Origin: a virus
Taxonomy: Duplodnaviria > Caudoviricetes
Direction: 5' to 3' (one strand)
Virus record (IMG/VR): IMGVR_UViG_3300025138_010082
Coordinates: 1 to 55,299 of that record
Length of the DNA stretch: 55,299 nt
A model generated the notes under the pieces. It searched no databases. It saw nothing but the letters and a program-made list of their open reading frames with translations, and had not been told where the DNA came from. The first letter of the stretch is position 1. Every line of letters starts with the position of its first letter. Position numbers and translations under genes: made by a program. Shown here in pieces: positions 28,529-38,195 of the stretch.

Positions 28529-29838
28529 TATGCTTCTATTTTTTTAAGTTTTGGTAATTTTAATTTAGGTAATTCTTGTTTTTTACTTCCTACTTTTTTA
28601 AGTTTGGGAAGTTGTAGTTGTTGCATTTGAGGTGCTACTTCTACTTTAGGTAAAATATTAGTTAATTTTTCGGTCATTTTATCAAATGTCCAGTTGTCTT
28701 TAATATATTGTGTTTGTTTACGTGATTTTTCCCAATATTGTTTATAATTTTTAAACACATCCTTCATAGCTCTACTTGCTATGTTTTTATCTATTGTAAA
28801 CCATTGTGAATTTTCAAGTAAAAAATCATTAGCAGATGATTTATGTACATTTTTTAATTCACCCCCAATTAAAACATTGTAATTTGGATGTATAAAATCA
28901 GTGTGTCCACTCCAATTAGATACAATTACAGGTTTACCTGTTATTGCTGCTTCTGCTAACGGTCTACCATAACCTTCACCTTTTGTAAATGACACAAATG
29001 ATTTTACTTTATTGTCATTATTTAATTGATTCATTTCATCATCAGTCATTTCACCATGTAAAAGGTATATGTTAGGAAGAGTTTCTGTAAATTTATCTCT
29101 TATATTATTTATGTTTTTTAATACTCCTTCTCTATCTAATAAAGAATAATTTATTTGATTACATTTTAATACTAATGCTGGTTTTTTCTTTCCAGGACCC
29201 TTAAATGTGTCTAAAAAAGTATGAATTAATGTTGCAACATCTTTTCTATCTTCACCAAAATTTCCAGGTAACCAATGTCCCGTGAATAAGAAACAAAAAT
29301 CTTCTTTTACATCTTTAAGTAATTCTGAATTTTGTGGTTTTTTATAATACTTATTTAAATCTAAACCTTCAAATAATATTTCAATTGGTTTTTCTAATTT
29401 AATAACACCTATTGTTTGGTTAGTTTGTTTGTCTTTTTTTTCAAATTGTGTTGCTAAAGCAATGTCTTTTGAATGTTTAGAACTAACTAAATTTAAATCC
29501 ATTTTATTACTACCTTCAATAAACTCAGAAGGATATATTGTTGTTTCAATACCCGCTGTTACTCCTATATTAAACTGCCCCACTGGTTGAAATTCATTTG
29601 GGACAGTAATTTGTACCCAAATGTCTGGTTTTTTATCTAACCCACCTATAAAACGTTGTCTTAAAGGATCATCTTGTGATAAAAAATTCCAAGGACAATC
29701 GCCCCACCTTTGTGGTAAGATTTTAATGTCCCATTCTTCTTCTTTTGATTTTATTAATGATTTCACAAAATCTCTTGATCTTGCTCCATAACCTGAAAAC
29801 GTGTCAATTGGACACGATACTACGCATAATGGCTTCAT
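28528..29838 (-). CDS. Glycosyltransferase family 4
   Basis: SGYG, RKD, EGYGRPLAEA, WSGHTDF. Confidence 0.88.
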   Translation of the reverse strand: MKPLCVVSCPIDTFSGYGARSRDFVKSLIKSKEEEWDIKILPQRWGDCPWNFLSQDDPLRQRFIGGLDKKPDIWVQITVPNEFQPVGQFNIGVTAGIETTIYPSEFIEGSNKMDLNLVSSKHSKDIALATQFEKKDKQTNQTIGVIKLEKPIEILFEGLDLNKYYKKPQNSELLKDVKEDFCFLFTGHWLPGNFGEDRKDVATLIHTFLDTFKGPGKKKPALVLKCNQINYSLLDREGVLKNINNIRDKFTETLPNIYLLHGEMTDDEMNQLNNDNKVKSFVSFTKGEGYGRPLAEAAITGKPVIVSNWSGHTDFIHPNYNVLIGGELKNVHKSSANDFLLENSQWFTIDKNIASRAMKDVFKNYKQYWEKSRKQTQYIKDNWTFDKMTEKLTNILPKVEVAPQMQQLQLPKLKKVGSKKQELPKLKLPKLKKIEA

Positions 29839-31298
29839 ATTGATTGTATTTCTTTTAAAAATTCTGGTGTTAAACTAATTGGTGATGGATTATAGTTGTC
29901 TAATTTAGTAGAATCATCTACTTTAGTAACTGTAAATCGAGATTGTGGTTTCCACTCTGTAAGTAAATTATCTATATTGTCTATAAACCCTTGACCCATT
30001 CTTTTTGCTGTGAATCCTGACTCATCTGACAATACCCACTCTCTACCCGCAAGTCCTCTTTTTGTTCTTTCTTCGGGACCCATTTTATATGTTTTCATTA
30101 AAGCAATTGCTGCATCTTCAACCGAACATTGACTTGCAAAAATATAGGGTGTTGATGGTGAACCTTTTACTGAACGTGTTTTGGGAAATATAGGCATTGC
30201 CCATTTACCACATTTTTTATATTTACCATCTGCGTTTGATGGGTGTTCTGTTGAAAAATCAATCCAATCACCATTTTCATCTTCAAAACGCATTTGATCT
30301 TGCATACCACCCTGTACTGGTGCTATAATCATTCTACCTGCTGTTAAGGATTCGGTTAAACCTAATCCCCAACCTTCATTGTCTGTCATAAACATATGTG
30401 CGTCTGAACAATTGTATAGATAATTTAATTGTTTTTCATCAAAACGTTCATTAATAATTTTTACTTTATGGATTTCTGGATCACATAAACTGTCAATTAC
30501 AGCATGTAGGTCAGTTCCATGTTCAAATGATCCTTCTGTTTTCATTAATAATGTACATTTTTTAGCTTTTTCAACTGGTAGTTGATCTAAAAATGTTCTC
30601 CACGCTAAAATAATGTCTGATTGATTTTTTCTTCTAATATTTCTAGAAAGATGTAGTACTACAAAATCCTTATCTTCTTCTAAAATTCTTTCTTTAAAAG
30701 CTTCAAATTCAAAATCATTTACTACAGGGAAATATTTTTTCTCATCTATACCGTGGGGAACATACTGTACACGTCCATGTTTTGGGTGGTCTCTTAAAAC
30801 ATTTTTTACTAAGTTTTTAGTTTGTTTAGAAATACAAAGTAACATATCATCTGAACGATAAAATTCTCTGTTCCACATTGGGTAAGGTAAATCATCCCAA
30901 ATTGTATAAAAAATTAATGGACATTGTTGTCTTATTTCATTTTCCATTTGATACATCCATGTCCAATAACGAGGATCTGTAAAGTGTACTATTGCATCTG
31001 GTTTTTCTTGAGTTATTAAAGATCTTAATACATTTTGATCACCATAACCATTACATGCTATAACTTTAACATTTGCATCCTTTAAACCTGTCATTCCATT
31101 TACATCAGCGGATATGTCAAATCCTTTCCCGTGGTCGGGGTGTTTAACAGCTCCTCCTAAATTAACCCAATTAAAACGGTGTGCTGTGTTTAGTATGATT
31201 TCTTTTGCCATATTTCCTACACCCGAAGTTGTACGAATATCGTCAGAAAGCATAAAAATTGTTTTACGTTGATCCCTTGGGATGTAACCTTCTTTCAT
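29835..31298 (-). CDS. Glycosyltransferase family 4
   Basis: SGVG, VPHGID, RNIRRK, EGWGLGLTES. Confidence 0.88.
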   Translation of the reverse strand: MKEGYIPRDQRKTIFMLSDDIRTTSGVGNMAKEIILNTAHRFNWVNLGGAVKHPDHGKGFDISADVNGMTGLKDANVKVIACNGYGDQNVLRSLITQEKPDAIVHFTDPRYWTWMYQMENEIRQQCPLIFYTIWDDLPYPMWNREFYRSDDMLLCISKQTKNLVKNVLRDHPKHGRVQYVPHGIDEKKYFPVVNDFEFEAFKERILEEDKDFVVLHLSRNIRRKNQSDIILAWRTFLDQLPVEKAKKCTLLMKTEGSFEHGTDLHAVIDSLCDPEIHKVKIINERFDEKQLNYLYNCSDAHMFMTDNEGWGLGLTESLTAGRMIIAPVQGGMQDQMRFEDENGDWIDFSTEHPSNADGKYKKCGKWAMPIFPKTRSVKGSPSTPYIFASQCSVEDAAIALMKTYKMGPEERTKRGLAGREWVLSDESGFTAKRMGQGFIDNIDNLLTEWKPQSRFTVTKVDDSTKLDNYNPSPISLTPEFLKEIQSI

Positions 31299-31317
31299 AT
31301 AACCTTTTTTTTTAAAT

Positions 31318-31515
31318 TTATAAACTACCGCTAATTGTTAAGTCGGTGTGATTATGTAATTTCTTTCGAAATTCTTCGTCTATTAAATATAGATGTACTG
31401 CTCTGTTTGCTAACTTTTGTAAATTAAATTTATATCTAATTGATGAAACTTTAAAATCATCAAATAAGTGGTCTACTATTTTTACACTTGTTAACTTTAA
31501 ATTTTTGCTTGCCAT
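31318..31515 (-). CDS. Small putative DNA-binding protein (ribbon-helix-helix-like)
   Basis: LTSVKI strand followed by two helices; first gene upstream of the glycan island. Confidence 0.5.
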   Translation of the reverse strand: MASKNLKLTSVKIVDHLFDDFKVSSIRYKFNLQKLANRAVHLYLIDEEFRKKLHNHTDLTISGSL

Positions 31516-31550
31516 AATATTTTATTGTATATTCACATATACATATATAG

Positions 31551-32552
31551 CTATTCCCATTCCCCCGCTCTTTTTGCATGTTTTATTGCATCTTTTATTC
31601 TTGGATGGTTCATTCTAGGATCGTCTTTATATTTTATAACTTCTTTTTCTACTTCTATTATCTTTTCAACTTCAATTGGTACTTCTTTAATTATTTCTTT
31701 TGTAATAATTTTAGGTTGATAAACCTCGTAATCTTTAGGATCTCTTGAAACTCCTTTTACTTGTGCAAAAGCCATGTTAGCTGCAACAACCATTGCAATA
31801 GCTAAAGGGTCAAAAACAAATATAATTAATATCATAAACCAATTAACTATTGTAGCCATTGGTTGATTTGTTAATTCAGCCATATATTTAAGTGGTCCAA
31901 GTTCTCGCGCAGATTCGTTGTTTATTTGCGCGTCTAAAATTCTTTCATCGAGTACGGCGATTGAATCTGTTACTGCGTTTAATCGCAGATCTGCGCGATC
32001 TCGCTCTGTCGTTGATGTTTTTAATTCAGATTGGAGCGCGCGCCTTGCGGAGCTAGATGATGTTGTAATTAATTGTCCTGATTCTCTGTCTATGTACTGT
32101 ACTTGAGCAGGATTAGATAAAGCTATTCTTAAATCTGAAATTGACTTTACAAGTGCTGCTTTTTCAATTTTAAGGTCGCTTTTTTGTTCTTCAAATCTTA
32201 CTTGTTTTTGTTCAATGACAGCCACCTGTTTGTCTAAAAATTCAGATTGTGTGGATGTTTCTTGATAAGCACCTGACAAAAAACCATAAATACCTCCTGA
32301 TGTAATTACTATTAAAATAAAACAAGCTATTACAAAGTATGCTTTTAAAAATTTATTAATTGTGTCCCAATATTGATATAGTAAGGAAGCTACAACTAAT
32401 TTAGCTGCTTCTAAAGCTCCCGCCATTATTATTACTTCTGTGCTAGCTCCTGCAAATAATTTACTTAAACCAAATACAGAATAAAAAGCTGCTGACGCGG
32501 ACACAGATAGCGCTGAAAGCGCTATTATGAATGGAAATATACGTTCTTTCAT
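31551..32552 (-). CDS. Membrane protein with long coiled coil
   Basis: Three N-terminal TM helices, coiled coil, GPLKY, IFVFDPLA, C-terminal EV/EK repeats. Confidence 0.7.
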   Translation of the reverse strand: MKERIFPFIIALSALSVSASAAFYSVFGLSKLFAGASTEVIIMAGALEAAKLVVASLLYQYWDTINKFLKAYFVIACFILIVITSGGIYGFLSGAYQETSTQSEFLDKQVAVIEQKQVRFEEQKSDLKIEKAALVKSISDLRIALSNPAQVQYIDRESGQLITTSSSSARRALQSELKTSTTERDRADLRLNAVTDSIAVLDERILDAQINNESARELGPLKYMAELTNQPMATIVNWFMILIIFVFDPLAIAMVVAANMAFAQVKGVSRDPKDYEVYQPKIITKEIIKEVPIEVEKIIEVEKEVIKYKDDPRMNHPRIKDAIKHAKRAGEWE

Positions 32553-32659
32553 ATTTGTTTTGGTTTAATGTTGACACCTATCTTGATTGGTTTTTTATCA
32601 TTGTTAGGGCAACTTAATTTATGATACCCTTTGCCTTTACAAACTTTACATTCACTCAT
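32549..32659 (-). CDS. 36-aa zinc-knuckle-like microprotein
   Basis: Manual translation MSECKVCKGKGYHKLSCPNNDKKPIKIGVNIKPKQI; stop overlaps next ATG (ATGA). Confidence 0.55.
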   Translation of the reverse strand: MSECKVCKGKGYHKLSCPNNDKKPIKIGVNIKPKQI

Positions 32660-32674
32660 CTTCTTTGTTTTGGT

Positions 32675-32896
32675 TTATCTACGAGCTAAGCTGTAATTTT
32701 CACCCACAGGTCGTATTACGACTATGGAATTGTCCCCAATCTTACATTTCCCACCTTGTTTTAAGATTTTTCTTACTAATCCTTCTTCTTTTTCACTCCA
32801 TTCCTCACTTAAAACAATTAATTCTTCCTTAGTGGTTGGTTTATGATTTAAGGTTATATTTTCTAACCCTCGTATAGTTTGTTTTTTTAATGCCAT
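32675..32896 (-). CDS. Hypothetical protein
   Basis: ORF track. Confidence 0.6.
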   Translation of the reverse strand: MALKKQTIRGLENITLNHKPTTKEELIVLSEEWSEKEEGLVRKILKQGGKCKIGDNSIVVIRPVGENYSLARR

Positions 32897-32900
32897 TATA

Positions 32901-33818
32901 TTATTTACATGTTTGACACCATTTAGACTTACACTTATCGGTTTCGGCTAAAATTTTGTCAATATTATCTGTGTCATACATATGAGATCCGTCAATAAAA
33001 ACGTCTTCTATAAATGCTTTCATATTTTTTACCATTTTACTTTGAGTAGTTTTACCACTTGATGGTTCAAATTTCTGAATACGTGATTTCATTATTGCAT
33101 ATCGGGGATTAGCTGCTATTTTACGTTTAACAATAAAATATCTAACATCAATATTATCTACTGGAACACCATACTGTTCTGCAAAATATTTTTTATACAT
33201 CACCATTTGTGATGTTTTTATTTTATTTTCCTTATCATACTTAGTCCAACCACGAGTTGATGTTTTAATGTCCCAAATTACTACTCTGTGTAGTGTTTCA
33301 TCAAACATAACTAAATCTAACTTACCCATTAATTTAACATTTGGATAATCTTCATGTGGTGCTGTTAATATAGGCATTTCAATGCCTAACAACTTCCACC
33401 CATGCTTATGAAAGTGTTCTTGTCTGTGACGTAAGAAAAAATCAATAATTTCTAAGCCATCATTTGTAAATTCAATTAATTCTTTTTGAGTAGCAAAATG
33501 TACACCTCCTACTTTTTCAACATCACCTTTATATAAACCTATAAACCCTTCTTGAAAGTGGGTGTGTGCGTCAAATTGATCAGCATGTTGTTGACCTTTG
33601 TTGTACATTAACTCCATATACTCTTGAAGGGTTTCATGCATTGCAGTACCAAACGAAAAGTAAATGTTAGGAGGTGTTTTGATTTTATCAATGTACATTT
33701 CTGCCCACCTGTGGGGACATTCCATCCAAGCAGATAGTTGTGTGTAACTGATGTTTTTCTCTGTGTTCCAGTCCATTTCCGGAACTACAGTTTTCTGTAT
33801 GTTTTCTATTATATTCAT
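32901..33818 (-). CDS. PD-(D/E)xK RecB/Cas4-like exonuclease
   Basis: SYTQL...CP, GTAMHE, GKLDLV, DIKTS, Q..MY, terminal CKSKWCQTC. Confidence 0.85.
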   Translation of the reverse strand: MNIIENIQKTVVPEMDWNTEKNISYTQLSAWMECPHRWAEMYIDKIKTPPNIYFSFGTAMHETLQEYMELMYNKGQQHADQFDAHTHFQEGFIGLYKGDVEKVGGVHFATQKELIEFTNDGLEIIDFFLRHRQEHFHKHGWKLLGIEMPILTAPHEDYPNVKLMGKLDLVMFDETLHRVVIWDIKTSTRGWTKYDKENKIKTSQMVMYKKYFAEQYGVPVDNIDVRYFIVKRKIAANPRYAIMKSRIQKFEPSSGKTTQSKMVKNMKAFIEDVFIDGSHMYDTDNIDKILAETDKCKSKWCQTCK

Positions 33819-33824
33819 ACAGGT

Positions 33825-33853
33825 AAGATACGAAAGATAATTAGCTTAGCCAA
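33825..33853 (-). promoter_or_regulatory. Putative promoter TTGG-N15-TTCGTATCTT
   Basis: Third copy; 6 nt from the ATG at 33818. Confidence 0.75.
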
Positions 33854-33856
33854 GTT

Positions 33857-34219
33857 TTATTTGAATTTCTTTTGAGAAACTATTTGAGCTATAATACCAT
33901 AAACTGACAAGTCTTGGTATGTGTCTAATGATGATTCACCCACAGTGTCTGGTTCACCATTTACTACTAATTGTTTTAGACGTTGAATTTTATCATTCAT
34001 TCTAAACCATAAACCTGTTAATGCTAACTTTACATCACTATCTGTGTCTAAATTAGTGCCAACATTAATGTTACTAGTACCGTAATTACGATGTTTTTTA
34101 CAGAACAAAATATATTGTTCCATCATAATTTTTTTATATTCAGTAGTTATATCGGGATAATTATCCTCACACCATTTTACTGCTTCGTTGTCTTTTTCGG
34201 TAAATTTTAAATTATCCAT
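33857..34219 (-). CDS. DUF1599/nucleotide-modification-associated domain protein
   Basis: KKHRNYG, RMNDKIQRL, ES..DTYQDLSVYGII. Confidence 0.75.
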   Translation of the reverse strand: MDNLKFTEKDNEAVKWCEDNYPDITTEYKKIMMEQYILFCKKHRNYGTSNINVGTNLDTDSDVKLALTGLWFRMNDKIQRLKQLVVNGEPDTVGESSLDTYQDLSVYGIIAQIVSQKKFK

Positions 34220-34460
34220 TTATTTGTTCTTTATTAAATAAGCTAGATCCATCATGATATTCATTTAAAACATCTAATCTGTCTCTTGATTCTGTTAGTT
34301 TGTCTAGTGCTTTGCTTGCTTCTTTTAAAAAATGTTCTGTTGTGTGTTCCCCTATAGCTACTGCTTTAGTAAAACACATGTCTAATGTTAACAGTGCTTC
34401 ATTAATTCTTGCTTCACATTCACTTTTAAGTGCGTTGTATAGTCTTTCTTGATGGTTCAT
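34212..34460 (-). CDS. Hypothetical protein
   Basis: ORF track; AIGEH motif. Confidence 0.6.
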   Translation of the reverse strand: MNHQERLYNALKSECEARINEALLTLDMCFTKAVAIGEHTTEHFLKEASKALDKLTESRDRLDVLNEYHDGSSLFNKEQING

Positions 34461-34848
34461 TTTTATAATTTTTTATTATTGATTTTATTGTTTTTTTATC
34501 TAATATATTTAAATAATCGTATGCTTCTCTTATACTAACTTTAAAATGTATAGCCAAATATTCTGCTTTTTCTTTATCTTTTTTACTTTTTTCTCCCTTA
34601 ATCCACTTGTAAAATTTAAATTTAGTTGGTAAAAGGTTAAAGTATAAGTTGAATACCTCTTTTTGAGACAACACTTGGTTTAAACCTGTGTAATTTTGAA
34701 CCATATTAACTATGTTAAGATAATTTGGATTAAAACTCAAAGTCTTATTAATTATAAAAACATTAAATGACTTTTTCTCTTCATCATTAAAATCCTCCCA
34801 ACGTCGTTGTTTAGTATGTAAATTTTTAACGTGTTCAAATGGGTTCAT
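34426..34848 (-). CDS. Clamp loader small subunit (T4 gp62-like)
   Basis: FIINKTLSF, KFYKWIK, VSIREAYDYL; near the gp44-like gene. Confidence 0.72.
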   Translation of the reverse strand: MNPFEHVKNLHTKQRRWEDFNDEEKKSFNVFIINKTLSFNPNYLNIVNMVQNYTGLNQVLSQKEVFNLYFNLLPTKFKFYKWIKGEKSKKDKEKAEYLAIHFKVSIREAYDYLNILDKKTIKSIIKNYKNEPSRKTIQRT

Positions 34849-35069
34849 TAGTCATTTTTAGGTAAAAATCCCTCATTAATATGACCACATTCTACACAAG
34901 CAAAAGCTTGAATTGGTATCATAGTCTCTTGTCCTGTAGGTGATAGTAAAGCTGATAGTTTTCTCATTTTTAATATTTGGGTAAAAACATCATGCCCGCA
35001 CTTATCACAAGTGATTTCAGTTGTTTGACTAAAATCTATGTTCATTTGTTGTTGTTGTGGATTATTCAT
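34848..35069 (-). CDS. Zinc-ribbon protein
   Basis: CDKCG...CVECG. Confidence 0.65.
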   Translation of the reverse strand: MNNPQQQQMNIDFSQTTEITCDKCGHDVFTQILKMRKLSALLSPTGQETMIPIQAFACVECGHINEGFLPKND

Positions 35070-35115
35070 CTTCTTTTATCTCTTTAAAATTATTTTCTGC
35101 TTCGATTTTTTAGGT

Positions 35116-35277
35116 TTAATGGTAAAAACCAAGATCTGAAGCTTCATGTTTGTTATTTTCTACTTCAATTTTATCGTAATGTATAAAATTTTTAATCATT
35201 TGGGGTAAGGATTCAAGAAGTTCTATTTGGTTTTCTTCTAATTCTTTAACTTTAACTATTAATTCTTCATTACTCAT
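35116..35277 (-). CDS. Hypothetical protein (MSNEELIVK...)
   Basis: ORF track 35116-35313; internal ATG overlapping the rpsU end preferred. Confidence 0.5.
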   Translation of the reverse strand: MSNEELIVKVKELEENQIELLESLPQMIKNFIHYDKIEVENNKHEASDLGFYH

Positions 35278-35458
35278 TATCTTGTTGTTTTTTGAGTTTT
35301 CTAATTGCTTCATCTTTTTTTACTTTTCTTTTTGCTGAAGGTTTAGTGTAATTTTTACGTTCTCTAATTTCTTTTAAAACTTGTGTGTCTTTAAATTTAC
35401 TTTTAAAATGTTTTAGGGCTTTACTTATATTCCCCTTTATTACTGGTATTTTTAACAT
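35270..35458 (-). CDS. rpsU: Ribosomal protein bS21
   Basis: NISKALKHFKSK...VLKEIRERKNYTKPSAKRK matches the bS21 signature. Confidence 0.88.
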   Translation of the reverse strand: MLKIPVIKGNISKALKHFKSKFKDTQVLKEIRERKNYTKPSAKRKVKKDEAIRKLKKQQDNE

Positions 35459-36360
35459 AAATTTATTAGTTTATTTAACATTGCAGCTACACAAATTTCT
35501 TTTTCTAGCACAAATGTATATTCATATTGGTACTTAGCAATAATAAGTATTGCTTCACCTTCTTTATCACCAAACAATGTAGAGGATTTATCGTAAATAT
35601 ACTTAAATAAATCGTCAAATTCTCGTGAACCTGAATCTGCTAATATTTGTCTAATTTCTGACAATTTAGCTTTTCTAATTAATGCGTCAACTACCAAACC
35701 ACCTAATTGTGTGTTTTTTAGTGATGCATCGTCAATTTTAATTTGACCATCAACGATAGAACCCTGTATTGTATTAACTATTTTTCTAATGTCAGGGTAA
35801 TGTGTGTCTACAACAGAAAGTACATTATCCGTGTTGTTTTTAGTGTTGATTTTTAATTCCTCTTTTACTGATATTTCACAAATTAAATCTATTACTTCAT
35901 CTTTTGAAGGTGGTGTAATTTCAAAGGTTTGACATCTACTCTGTAGTGGTGAAATTATACGTTCAAGATAATTACAAGTAAATATAAAACGAGTTGTTTT
36001 ACTACAAGATTCAATTGTGTTACGTAATGTTGCTTGTGCTTGTGGTGTAATGTAATCTGCTTCATCTAATATAACAATTTTAACATCATTAAAACTCATA
36101 CTTGAAGCAAATGGTATAATTTTATCTCTAATTGTGTCTATACCCCTTTCATCACTAGCATTAATATACAACAAATCACAATTTAAATTTTTAGCAATTA
36201 ATTTAGCTAACGTTGTTTTACCTGTGCCTGCAACCCCATGGAATAGTAGGTTTTGAATTGATCCTTGTTTAAGATAATCTGCTATCTTATTTTTAATCGT
36301 TTCATTACCTACATACTCCTCTAAAGTTTGTGGTCTATATTTTTCTACCCAAAGTTCCAT
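35452..36360 (-). CDS. Clamp loader large subunit (gp44/RFC-like AAA+)
   Basis: WVEKYRP, GTGKTT, NASDERG, LDEAD, LQSRC. Confidence 0.95.
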   Translation of the reverse strand: MELWVEKYRPQTLEEYVGNETIKNKIADYLKQGSIQNLLFHGVAGTGKTTLAKLIAKNLNCDLLYINASDERGIDTIRDKIIPFASSMSFNDVKIVILDEADYITPQAQATLRNTIESCSKTTRFIFTCNYLERIISPLQSRCQTFEITPPSKDEVIDLICEISVKEELKINTKNNTDNVLSVVDTHYPDIRKIVNTIQGSIVDGQIKIDDASLKNTQLGGLVVDALIRKAKLSEIRQILADSGSREFDDLFKYIYDKSSTLFGDKEGEAILIIAKYQYEYTFVLEKEICVAAMLNKLINLC

Positions 36361-36564
36361 TTATTTTTTAAAAAATTGTTTACAAAATGATATACAAAAC
36401 CAAAGAAGTGCTATTGGCCAAATTACAACCGCTATTAATCTTTGGTCCCACCCCCAATCTACATTAGGGGTGAGATAATTTTTTTCTTTAAGCTTAGTCA
36501 TTACTATATCCATTATGAATATAAAAGCAAAACCTACAAATATATAATTTAATATCATATCCAT
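36361..36564 (-). CDS. Small membrane protein
   Basis: Two hydrophobic segments. Confidence 0.55.
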   Translation of the reverse strand: MDMILNYIFVGFAFIFIMDIVMTKLKEKNYLTPNVDWGWDQRLIAVVIWPIALLWFCISFCKQFFKK

Positions 36565-38195
36565 TACATTCCTCCCATCATTGCCATAGGATCCGCTTCA
36601 TCTTTACTCTTAGGATCATCGACTATTGTACATTCTGTTATTAACATTGTTCCTGCAACTGACACTGCATTTTCTAATGCTGTTCTTGTTACTTTTGTTG
36701 GATCTATAATACCTTCTTTAATCATATCCACATATTCTTTAGTTTTAATATTATAACCTAAAAAATTACCTTCTACATTAGATAAAATACTATGATACTT
36801 GTCAATACCTGCGTTTTTAAGAATCTGAATGAATGGCTTTTCAATAGCATTCATTAATATTTCTGACCCAATTGCTTCATCACCTTCACAAATTAGTTGA
36901 TTAGCTGTTTGTAATCTGTTTTTAGCTTCTAACAAAGCAACTCCACCACCTGCAACAATACCTTCATCTAAGGCAGCTCTTGTAGCATGTAATGCATCGT
37001 CAACTCTATCTTTCTTTTCTTTCATTTCAGTTTCAGTAAATCCACCTACATTAATTACAGCAACACCACCAGCCATTTTAGCTAATCTTTGTTGTAATTG
37101 TTCTACTGCGTAATTACTGTCTGCTCTTTCGATTTGATCTTTAACTTCTTCTAAACGAGCTGTAATTGCTTCTTCAGTACCACTACCGTCTACAATAGTT
37201 GTTCTTTCTTTTTCAATTGTAATTCCCCTTGAAGTACCTAATTGGTCAAAGGTAATTTTATCTAAACGATGTCCTTTTTGTTTAGAAATAACTGTACCGC
37301 CTGTTAAGACAGCAATATCTTCCAAAATGTGGGTTCTTCTTTCTCCAAAGTCAGGTGCCTTAACAGCACAACATTTTAAGATACCTCTCATTTTATTTAC
37401 AATCATAGCTGCTAATGCTTCACCATCAATATCTTCTGCAATAATAAGCATTGATTTGTTTTGTTGTGAAACTCCTTCTAAAATTGGTAATAATTCTTTT
37501 ACTTGACTAATTCTACCATCATAAATTAAAATATACGGATCATCTAACTGTGCTTGCATTGTTGAGTTGTCAGTTACAAAATATGGTGATTTATAACCTC
37601 TGTCAAATTGCATACCTTCAACCGTTTCTAATGTTGTTTCATATGATTTACTTTCTTCAACTGTAACAACACCATCTAAACCTACTTTATCAATTGCAGC
37701 AGCAATTAAATTACCTACTTCTTCATCATTATTAGCTGAAATAGTAGCAACTTGTTTAATTTGTTCTTCTGATGCAATGTCAGTAGACATTTCTTTTAAA
37801 TGTTTAACAATTTCTTTAGCTGTTTTATCCATACCTCTCTTAATAGCAACTGCATTGTGTTTTTGAGATAAATTTGTATGGTTCATACCTTCTGCAATTA
37901 ATTCTTTAGCTAGTAATGTGGATGTTGTTGTACCATCACCTGCTGTGTCACCTGTTTGAATAGCTGCTTGTTTTACCATTTGTGCACCTAAATTTTCAAC
38001 TGGATCCTTTAATGTAACTGTTTTTGCAACTGTAACACCATCTTTAGTTGATTGGGGTAAATTGCCACCTTGTTGTGCAATTATTACGTTACGCCCATTT
38101 GGTCCTAAGGTTACAACAACTGCATTTGCTAATTGTTCAACACCACTTAATAATTTTGCTCTTGAATCAGAGCCTGTTTCGATAATTTTACTCAT
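36564..38195 (-). CDS. groEL: Chaperonin GroEL
   Basis: [43 protein letters not shown] tail. Confidence 0.98.
   Translation of the reverse strand: MSKIIETGSDSRAKLLSGVEQLANAVVVTLGPNGRNVIIAQQGGNLPQSTKDGVTVAKTVTLKDPVENLGAQMVKQAAIQTGDTAGDGTTTSTLLAKELIAEGMNHTNLSQKHNAVAIKRGMDKTAKEIVKHLKEMSTDIASEEQIKQVATISANNDEEVGNLIAAAIDKVGLDGVVTVEESKSYETTLETVEGMQFDRGYKSPYFVTDNSTMQAQLDDPYILIYDGRISQVKELLPILEGVSQQNKSMLIIAEDIDGEALAAMIVNKMRGILKCCAVKAPDFGERRTHILEDIAVLTGGTVISKQKGHRLDKITFDQLGTSRGITIEKERTTIVDGSGTEEAITARLEEVKDQIERADSNYAVEQLQQRLAKMAGGVAVINVGGFTETEMKEKKDRVDDALHATRAALDEGIVAGGGVALLEAKNRLQTANQLICEGDEAIGSEILMNAIEKPFIQILKNAGIDKYHSILSNVEGNFLGYNIKTKEYVDMIKEGIIDPTKVTRTALENAVSVAGTMLITECTIVDDPKSKDEADPMAMMGGM

Noticed and set aside
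32901-33818. Cas4-like gene as evidence of a CRISPR-Cas system
   Set aside because: No repeat-spacer array or other cas genes are visible; solo Cas4-like nucleases are common in phages.
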